Assembly: GCA_020891255.1 (NCBI GenBank)
Contig: BQFW01000013.1
Coordinates: 744,001 to 808,000 of the forward strand
Length of the DNA: 64,000 bases
From: Entomortierella parvispora E1425
Taxonomy: Eukaryota > Fungi > Mortierellomycota
Direction: 5' to 3'
Part shown: one piece after another, positions 46,372-56,100 of the stretch
Layout of the letters: every line of letters begins with the position of its first letter
How positions within the stretch are numbered: the first letter of the stretch is position 1
The notes under the pieces: model-generated
Told to the model about the DNA's origin: nothing
The model's database searches: none
The model's input: only the letters and a program-made list of their open reading frames with translations
Program-made: the position numbers and the translations under genes

Positions 46372-48644
46372 ATGACGCCCAATGTTCCCAACACAGCTCA
46401 GGGGTCTTCGTCGCGATTCCCTCCCGTGATGACCTCGCCGGCAGTTGGCCCACAAGAGTCCATTGCAGCCACGAACGACTCGATGGACAAGAAGCGATCC
46501 CGCCGTGCAGACGAGTCAGGTCATACGCGCAAGAAAATTGCCGGCGAATTAATGGTCGTGTAGGTTCCTCTCCTGTCCTGCTCCTGTCCTTTCCTGTCCT
46601 GTCTGTCTTGTCCTGTCCTATCACGGCTCTCACTTGCAGGAAACGTGCGAGGGACAGGTCGGCTGATATGCCTTCCCTGCTCTCGTGCTGTTGCTGTTGC
46701 TGCGACTATTTCTCCTGACTGTCTGTCTACCTGTCTGTCTGTCTGTCTGTCTGTCTACCTTTCTCCTGTTAGATTCGAATCCTTGTCTCTGAGTCGCGAC
46801 GATATTTCGGATGCTGCAGCCTCGACGACTCTACGACGTCGGCCGCCTGTGCAGAATTCAGCTACGGATACCTCGGGGACACTGCAGCTTGTCCAGAACG
46901 AGCCCTGGCAGCTTCGATCCCAGAATCCGCAGCATCTGCAACAGGACCTTACCGAGCAACACTCGCCTTTGCCAGACATGGAGAATCATCGCACACAAGG
47001 GGCTGATGTGCTGCATGTCAACACGCACGCCACCAAATCCAATTCAAGCTACGGAGGGCCAACACACTCGCCACCAACAACCGCAACGGGATCGGGATCA
47101 CTTTCTCCAACGAGCCTCTCCTCTGCACAACTTTCGCCAGTATCCTCACAAGTGAGTCTTCATGGCAGCCATTTTGGGTACCTTACTGGCTTCTCGCCCG
47201 AATCCAGTCTCTCTGCTGGAGCGTCCTCGAGTGTGTCCGCCTCTCTAGGACCTTCGTTTTCTCCACCGTCACCTCCCATTTCACCTGTCCCTACAGGAGC
47301 ATCTGCTTTCGGCATGGACGTATCCATGTCTATGGATGAAGAATTACCAGGGCCAATCCCTAGACCCATGTCTTCTGGATCCAGCAGTCATGATTCCTCT
47401 GGGACACAGCCTCATAGCTCGGCATCCAACGTGAAGACCCTGACTCTCCGACAGCGGAAATGGAACAGCGACAGGAAAGAGTGGCAAGAGTGGCAGGATG
47501 TTGAAGCGACCCATGTCTCTGATCTGCAGTCTTATCCACAAGGCTATTCTCACGGTTCCTCATCTCATACTGCTGGTACGTACCTGATATCTGTAAGGTT
47601 TCTTGATTGGAGCAGTTCTTTTTTTAACAAGGTCTATCCTCTGACAAACACATTTTTTTGCAATTGTGAATGACATTAGCTGACCACCAAGCAGATTTTA
47701 CCACAGATCCGTATATCGTATCGGGGAGTATTGGAAACCAGGATCGATATCAAGGACAGAGTTCAGTATTAGGACGCCAAAGGTCACTCAACGGATCAAA
47801 AAACAAGGCCCTGGCAGAAAACCAAGGGATGGCTATGGCAGAAGACACCGCAAGATCGTCTTTTGGTACCCGAGCGCGGTCCTTCAGCGAGACAAACGTC
47901 CATATCCAGCATTTCGCTAGTCTGCCAGGTCTGCGATCTCCACCGTCACCTCAGATCGCAGCTTTCCAGACTCAGCAACAACAGGATCACTCTCATCAAC
48001 ACAGGAGGCACCGAGGGCACTTTCCTCGAAACTACAGTGACCATGGCTATGGACAGCAGGAAGAAGTTATGGGTCAAACCGCAGATTTTGATGATGGGTT
48101 CTATCGACTATCGCAGCATGGATCTCCGGTTCCAGGATCGCGTCTCACTCCGCCTAATGTCTTGTCCCCACATCCTTGGACTGGACTTTCCATGACTGCA
48201 CTGGATGGAACTATGAATTTGCCTGGAGAGCAGTTTGGTCGACTTTCACTACAGGGCAACATGTCCTTGCCTTCCTCACCACCGTCATCGTCAGGACTTC
48301 ATCTGAGTAACCAGCATCGCCCAGAAGAGCTTTCCACCTGGTCTCAGCAACTCCTTCAGTCACAGAATGCTTATCGCGAAGGAAGTCGTAGATCTGGGTT
48401 CGGGCGCGCCAGTCCTGGTCAGTACTCACAGTACCATCAGCACCACCATCAGAGCTTGGAGGATGTATCCATGGGCGAAGAGTTGACCCGGACTATACCA
48501 TCACGGTCTTCATCACCTGCGCCATGTCTCTCCATGGCGCCAATTGTACCTCGACCACTGAGCATATCATTCTCTCACATGTCGGGGTCCAATCTCTTGG
48601 GAGATCTCGCGGAGCACGAACAGGACGACGACATGGAGCTCTAG
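46372..48644 (+). CDS. Hypothetical disordered S/P/Q/H-rich protein, about 651 aa; exons 46372..46559, 46773..47575, 47680..48644
   Basis: Three ORFs joined by phase-consistent GT-AG introns (phases 2 and 1). A basic KKRSRR...RKK patch lies near the N-terminus. No recognisable domain. Confidence 0.7.
46719..46756. repeat. (CTGT)n intronic tandem repeat
   Basis: Imperfect tetranucleotide array just upstream of the acceptor at 46772. Confidence 0.8.
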
Positions 48645-48772
48645 CTTTCTTTTTTATACCTTTCTTCTTTTTCTGTACAGTAATAATATTTGGCATTTTT
48701 TTCATTCAAAGAATACTACTGAGAGTGCTCAGTCTACATGCTATGGGTGAGTGCAGTTGCAATGGTTGTTCG

Positions 48773-49848
48773 TTATCCGTCCAAAGGGGTGCCTGTTTGG
48801 TTGATTTTTGCGTTGACATACGCATCAGAGCGGATACCTCGTCCCCATCGCTTCTTGCGCATGACGCCACCCCGACTGTCAAATTCAGCAGCCTTGCCAA
48901 CAAAGGAGCCCGAACGAGAACAAGGCTCGAGACTCTGGCTCAACAGATCATCGGGTCTTGGATTAGCAGGTTTCTGATCCCCAAAGGAACAGTCGCCGAT
49001 CCTGTTTGAGCTCCAGTATTTGCAGACGTCTGTTCCGGGGTTGGAGGCATCTCCACCCTGCCAGATCTTTTGTTCACCCATGGAGCCCCTTGGTAGTTGC
49101 TCTTGACCGCCTTGAACTACATAATCTGTGCAAGTGTAGTACTCTCCAAAACCAGACTCTGGCTGTCCATAATAGACACCGCCACCATACCAGATCCATT
49201 GCAAAGTCACCTTTCCATCAGGGAGATCTTGAGGAACCGTAAAGGATGTGGAGCAGAGACCGTCACCGGGACCGTTCATGGGGCCGAAATAAGAGTCATT
49301 GACGTCGTCCGGCCCACAGTTGGACTCGTAACACGAAAACTTTGAGTAGCTAGCAGAGTTGAATGCAGCCCAATCGTCGGATTCTTCAAAGGGGACCATA
49401 GCGAGTCGCACAAAGCCTCCAGGGTGATTGAACCGCTGCCAATGGATGGTGAGCGTGTCCCCACGACGGATGGTCTGGATGGGGTATGTGGGGTCATTCA
49501 AAATGGGCGATAACGCTCGTTTAGATTCACAGGGACCATGACACCCAAACCCAGAAGCTGAATAATAAAACAAAGAGTCGATGAATTAGAAAACATCAAA
49601 GTTAGACCGTGTGACATTTTAGTACATTGGGGGAAGGAGGGCAAAGTCCACTATCTTCTTTTTTTTTTTTTTTTTTTTTGTTGTGTCCCCTTGATTTTTG
49701 TTTTCGGAGCAGAAAAGACAGCAAACTTACCGCAAGTGCCGAACCATTCGAGGTTGCCTCGCCCGCGAGGGACCGTCATCATGGAGTGGGCTAGAGCTTG
49801 ACTTGCCAGGACTGCACAGCTGAGAAGTGAAAGAACTGAGGTGCGCAT
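48773..49848 (-). CDS. Secreted His-brace protein, unclassified LPMO-like candidate, 300 aa; exons 49848..49731, 49557..48773
   Basis: A 20-aa signal peptide ending SQALA, then H1 (HSMMTVPRGRG), CxxxxxCxxxC, WQRFNH64PGGFVRLA, VTLQWIWYGG and GEY159YTC162TDY. The phase-1 intron is consistent. Confidence 0.75.
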
Positions 49849-50654
49849 AGTGCGAGGGTAGTCGAGCGTGTATGTGAATGAAACCAAAAAGAAGGTATGC
49901 CGCAATAAAAAAAGAGAAGTGTGAGAGAATTGAGGAAAGAAACGTGGACAAAAGGGCTTGTTCATTTGTAGGCAAACAGAGAGAGTGAAAGAGTACTTAT
50001 ACCCGTCCTCCGTCGGGATTCTGTTATCATGGATGGATGCCAGAGAACCAAGATGTATTGACGCGTCGAAAAGGGTCCAGAAATTATCGCGACCGGTGCT
50101 GATGGATACTGGAACAAGGAGTTCTCTGGGCCCTGAGAGGGTGTATCAGAAGAATAGCCCCATTGAACCGTGACAAGCCTCATTGGAATTCTGGGCAGAG
50201 GCGAGACTGAACTGTCCAGCCATTGTGTGTTCAGGATCTCTGAAGGACGTCGTGGTGTTGCCCTTTCCTCGGCCTCTTCGATGTTGGGTCCTCCTATCCA
50301 ACTCAACGAGTGTACCGACCCCTCCCTTTTAAAAGTTACTCCACTAGCATCTAGTGGACAATGATCCACATTGCCGTCTCCTCAACGCAGCGATCCCTTC
50401 CTTTTGCCCCTGTTACGCAATGCGACGGCCTAACAACGAGAAGAGAAGAGACGGGACCCCATGAAAAAAAGAAGAAACGCGACCCCCTCCTGGCCCGCGA
50501 TTCGTTGGCGGTGTGGCTGACGAAACCCAGAACAGTCACCCAACGCAACGCGATTGCACAAAACTGAACAGGGGCACCGCTGGACCTTTTCCTTTCTTCC
50601 TGTTCACACTCACTCTCCTTCACTCTCCCCTCCACTACTCACATATCCACCAAC

Positions 50655-51343
50655 ATGGGCGTTACCAAGACTGTTATTACTCCCGGCGATGGCGTCAACT
50701 TCCCCAAGGTCGGCCAGACCGTTTCCATGCACTGTAAGTCCCACTTGACTTGTTCTTTTTTGTCGGTCTGTCTTTTGCGTGGTCCTGGAGTGTTTGATAG
50801 CTGACCTGTTGGCTCTCCTTCCTTCCTTCCTGTCGACCCTATCTTTCTTTAGATGTTGGAACTGTAAGTTGGCTGCCTCTTAACATTCTGGGAAGAAAGG
50901 ACAACAGAAAAGAGAAACAACATCAGGTTTAACAGTGTCCTCTCCATTCTCGCGTTTTTTGCTGTTGCAATGACTAGCTCAAGTCTGACGGCAGCAAGTT
51001 CGATTCTTCCAGAGATCGCAACAAGCCCTTCGAGACCCCTATCGGCGTTGGCCGTGTCATCAAGGGATGGGAGGAGGGTAAGGAATCACGAATCTTTTTG
51101 TTGGCTATGCACCAATGCAACAAAAAAAAAAATTGATTCGGATTGAGAGCTGGACACGGATGAGAGTTGCTAATGGTCTCTTTCTCGCTTTTACTTGATG
51201 CAGGTGTCCCCCAGATGTCCCTCGGCGAGAAGGCCATCTTGGAGATCACTCCCGACTACGGCTATGGTGCCCGTGGCTACCCCCCAGTCATCCCCGAGAA
51301 CGCCACTTTGATCTTCGAGGTCGAACTCCTCGCGATCCGCTAA
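50655..51343 (+). CDS. FPR1: FKBP12 peptidyl-prolyl isomerase, 109 aa; exons 50655..50733, 50853..50863, 50978..51077, 51204..51343
   Basis: [106 protein letters not shown]. Confidence 0.97.
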
Positions 51344-51598
51344 ATTGGGTCTTTTTTTAAACTCGTATAAAAAATAATTCGAAACATGGACTAAATAAAA
51401 CCAACAAATGACAAGAGACTTTTTTTTTTTTTTTTTTTTCGCTCTCCTTCGTTCTCTTTTTCTCTTCAGTCTTCATTGATTCATTCATTTGTTCATTCGT
51501 TCCCACAAAGGCACCTCTCTCTTCTCTTTCTCTGCCTGCCCACCATCAACAAAAACAGTGCGTTTGTCCATTCCCATTACATCCAAAAAAGTACATTG

Positions 51599-52979
51599 AT
51601 GGAAGGATCACAGCAGCCGCTTCTCCAGCCTCCGAGTTTGCAAGACGTGGAGCGGAAACACTCCCAGCTCCCTCCTCAATACCGCCAAGCCATCTTTGAA
51701 AAGCTGCAGAGAGAGTACCAGCAGCAACAGCTCCAACTCCAGTCCCAACCCCAGCAACAGCAGCAACAGCAACAGCAGCAGCAGTATCTGCGGCCGGATG
51801 TACGTCATCAGCAATCCACCTCTCTGGCCTCTTCCCCAACCAAAAGCGGCCAGAACGAGGGCGCCGCGTCGTCTGCGCGCAAGCGGGTCACCTCTGCTCC
51901 CTTGACGAAAACATACCGTCTGGAGCGGGACAGTGACTCTTTGAGCACCACCTCCAGCATAACAGGATTGAGTCGTGCACATTGGAAGGTAAATCTCCCA
52001 AATGTCCATGGAGTCCCATTTCTTCCGGGGGGTTGAATCTCTTTTCTCCGCCCTCTCGGAGACCATTGGCACGCGATAGAATATCCCTCAAATGCCTCGT
52101 AGATATCTGATCTGCTCTCACTCTTTATTCTTTCTTCTGATGGCCGATCTGCCCTCGTCTCTTGTCCTCTTAGCCTGATAGCAGCGCACCAGTCTGCACT
52201 TGGCCAGGCTGTTATATTGAATTCGGGTTGTTCGATCGCCGCCACCATTGCCGCAAGTAAGGTTACTTCCACACTTGGTGTTTTCGTGTTTTATTTTGGG
52301 TTAATAACCATGACGTTACTTTTGCTTGGTAGATGCGGCGATATCTTTTGCAGTACACACTGTTCCAAGGAAGTTCCTTTGGACTATTCATTGGAGTTCA
52401 ACCCAGAAGATGGAGTTGCTAGCCGAGCTTGTGTGGGATGTTTCGAGGCGTTTGAGCAATGGAAGAGCCCCGTCTCGTTTTCAAGTGCCTCGGCTTTCGA
52501 TCGCCCACTGGAAGACAGACTTGCTACAGGATCGTCGTCTCGGGAGGATGTTGTCCATGGAGATCGTGACCCTGCTCCGGCGGCTAGAGCGACCTTGCAA
52601 AGAAAGAACACTGGACAGCTCCCCGAAGGCTTTTTGGGCGGAAGCACATCAGGCGAGGCTTTTGGTCGTGAGGGTAAGAGACAATGGTTTGACAGGGAAC
52701 TTGAATACCACCGTTGTTCTCTAATGGAGATCACTAACTTGGATTTTATTCCCGACAGATATTGTCCGTCCATCAAATGCGGCTTCCGGGAACATCGCTA
52801 TTAAAAAGCGACCTACACAAGGTAAACACAGGAGATGAGAAAATGAGCAGATGGCTCCAGAAAGGCACATGTGGACTCTACTCTGACGAAGGATCTTTTT
52901 CTCTAATAATAATGCGATAGAACAATCCACGTTGCCAATGCCTTCTGTCCCCCACGACTGGTCGTGGAGTACTTTTTAA
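51599..52979 (+). CDS. FYVE zinc-finger protein, 5 exons, with polyQ N-terminus and DWSWSTF C-terminus
   Basis: Spliced HWK-PDSSAPVC...C...FGLFDRRHHCRK-CGDIFCSTHC...RACVGC gives the WxxD, RRHHCR and RxC FYVE signature. Two further phase-1 introns lead to ...MPSVPHDWSWSTF* (stop at 52979). Confidence 0.88.
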
Positions 52980-53005
52980 ATATATTCAAGAAAATAAATT
53001 ATCTA

Positions 53006-53030
53006 GTCACGTGGATTCGCTAGTATAAAA
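53006..53030 (+). promoter_or_regulatory. RTCACGTG element (53006-53013) plus TATA box (53024-53030) upstream of the SNF2 helicase
   Basis: AGTCACGTGG and TATAAAA inside a 129-nt spacer, about 96 and 79 nt upstream of ATG 53109. Confidence 0.55.
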
Positions 53031-53108
53031 TTTTATTTTTCTTCTTTTCCGTCTTTGCCAATTTTCTCTGCTTCACATTTGAATTCGCTGCATTTCTCCA
53101 CCTCCCCC

Positions 53109-56100
53109 ATGCCGACTACGAACACTGGCAATCCCCTGGACTGGGGGATTCAGGAGGTCACCGAATGGTTAAAGCAATCCTTCATAGTATCCGAGGAGAC
53201 GCTGCGCCTCTTCACAGGTAGGCATTATAAAGTCGATTCAGACGAAGGGCTGTGTAAATTCAAAAAAAAAAAAAAGCCCAGACGAAAGCGCGACTGACAA
53301 GGTTTCGTTTGGAAAACACCCATCCCATTTAGAAAACGAGGTGGACGGTCGGGTCCTCTTGATGAATATGGACCACGGAGCTTTGAAAGATGAGTTCTCA
53401 GTCAAGGCTTTTGGGAAGCGCGCAAAGATACTAGACGCCATTGCCAACCTCCGAGGTGAGTGCATGTTCACAGTGCCACCAATGGTGGTGCCACCATTTT
53501 TAATTTTTATTTGCAATTTTTTTGGAGTATGCATGTAAGCATGGGCTGCTGTGTTTGCAGGAATGAACATTGCAAAAAAGGGCTAAACTCATTCCAATTG
53601 TCCATTGGTCCATATCGTAGTGGTGGCAAAAAAACAGGAGGTGACAAAGAACTTGGATTCAGCCAGGACTTTTACGGTCTCGACACCGTTGTCCATCTTG
53701 GATATGGGAGGACTTCGACTTTCAGAGGATGCGCCGTTGATACACCGACCTTTACCTATCCTGCCTCCAGTTCAATCACCACGACAGAGAGAAGCGGTAT
53801 TTCGGCGTGGAGGTAGTCCATCTGACAGAGACTATGCGCCCATTCCGTTGTTGGATGTGCCTCTCAGGATTTGGAAAGGCGTTGCACCGAATGCTCAGGA
53901 TCAGAAGGCTTCACTCTCCCCCTCTCAAAAACCACTACCACAGACAGGGAGCGTTGGATCAAAGTCCAGAACAATTCAAGAGGAGGCGGAGAGTGACGAT
54001 GATGAAGGATCAGTATCACTGGGATCCGACGATGACGATGATGACGACGAAGAGGACAGGGGCTCGGTCGGCTATGATAATGCCACGGACGAAAGCTCTG
54101 TGCAGGAAGATCAAGGCCAGGATGTTGATGGACTCGGTGGTGAAGATGATGGCGCGACATACGATATGGATACGGATGTACCTGTCATGCGTGATCACAG
54201 TAATGGCGACCGTTCAATGAACAGATCAGATATCGCGGCCACTTCAGTTTCAAGTCTAGGAAAGCAGACTCTGGAACCTGCACCTGTACAGTCAACTGTC
54301 CGACGTATTGCTCCAGCATTGGTGCAACCAGGATTGATACATCGTCCTCTAGATCGAACCCCATCCCTTGCCTTGTCATCATCGTCAGGGAATATGGTGA
54401 CAACGAGTAGCAATGGTAGTCTGGATGAGTCAGGAGATCCAGGTGTTACCAAGAATTATTTCCTGTCAGCAATTGAAGCGGCAGCCCGAGTTCGCAAAGA
54501 TGATTCAGGTGTTGCACAATCTCCCATCACCTCGACATCTGACGAATTGCATGCATTGTCGTTGTCGCCCAGTCTGTCAATGGAGGGCAACGATCCAGCG
54601 AAGCGACGAAAGAGTCAGAAGAAAAAGCCATACTTTGAAGGCGGCAAACTCAGCCTGAGCGAAATTTTTCTTGGAAGCGAGACGTTGCCTACTGAAAATG
54701 TCGAGGATGAGGAAGATGGGGATGACGACTGGGCAATGGTGTCAAGCAGATCACAGGAAAGATTATCCTGCAATCCTGGCCGACGACATGTTATACAAAA
54801 GAATATGCTCCGAGTTTTACGGGATCCTCCGTTCTTTGACATCCCAGGGTATACAGCGTACGCACCTCTTCGCAGAGGCGAAAAAGATGTACCTGTTTTA
54901 CTCTATCCGAGATTAAAGCCAGGCAACAATAATGGAAAAGGTACGATCTGCAACCACATCTGGCTTTGTTGCGGATTTCATTACTAATTTTATTACATTT
55001 CATCATCCTCTTCTTAGCACGTCGGTCGACATGGGACAAAACGTTCCCGGACCCCAAAAAGCGCACGACGACTGCCAGGATCGAACTGGAAGTTAGTGGA
55101 GAGGATATGACATCGTTTGATTTCAGTGCTTTCGGGAGCGGCGTACCCCATGAACAACCCACCGCTGCAGCCATACTCGACGATCCAGTGCTACCGCTCT
55201 ACGGTGATTCTGATGCGTCGGCGTACACAACGGACGAAGAGCTATTCAGGGAGGTCGCAAGGGAGGAGAAGGATTTAGCGCGACCTCCACGATCAAAACG
55301 CGTGTTACCACCCAAGGCGACTCTGTCCGAACCAGAAGTCCGCGCGGCTGTCGAGGGGTATATAGCCGATTACAAAATGCTATGGGAGCAGAACAGCCTT
55401 CCATCCCTAGAGAAGAAACGCTATCATCACTACCAGGGTGCAGCAAATCCCGAGGGCCTCGAGAAGAGTCTTGCCAAATCTAATGCAGAGTTCAAACAGA
55501 TTTCCGAAAAGCGACTGAAATCCGTATTGGATGCCATGACAGAGACTTCATACAAGAGCGTGACCGAAGTTCGTCAGAAGTGCAAAGCAATGGACGAGAC
55601 ACTGAGGCGACTTTGCTATCTCCAATGGGAGATAGACCTCTTGGCAGGTCCACCGCCAGATCCACCTTCACGGCGAGTCTTATCCAAGCTCCACTCTCCT
55701 GCAGCACCTTCTATGTCGTCTCCTGTTGGACCCTCGAAGAAAGCCAGGAACATACCCGAGGATCTGGATTCTCAACAAATATCTGAAATCGATGAAGATA
55801 GTGGGGCAGATTATGAGAGTGACCTCAGTGATCTCATTGACGATTCCGGTGTCATCCAAATTGAGGATACTGATGGCGACGTGACGATGGATGCAGATTT
55901 CTTGCCCTCAACTAAAGTCCAAGCTCCTATTCAGCAGATAAGATCCAAGGAAAAGAGCAGGAAACAGCATTCTGAGGGGTCTAGCTCCCAAACTGCGAAA
56001 GCGACGGTAATCCCGCGAGAGGATGCAGGAGAATCTGATAAGAGGCACAAGGCAGGATCGTCTATTGTCAATGATACCCTTGCACCGGAGACTCAAACGC

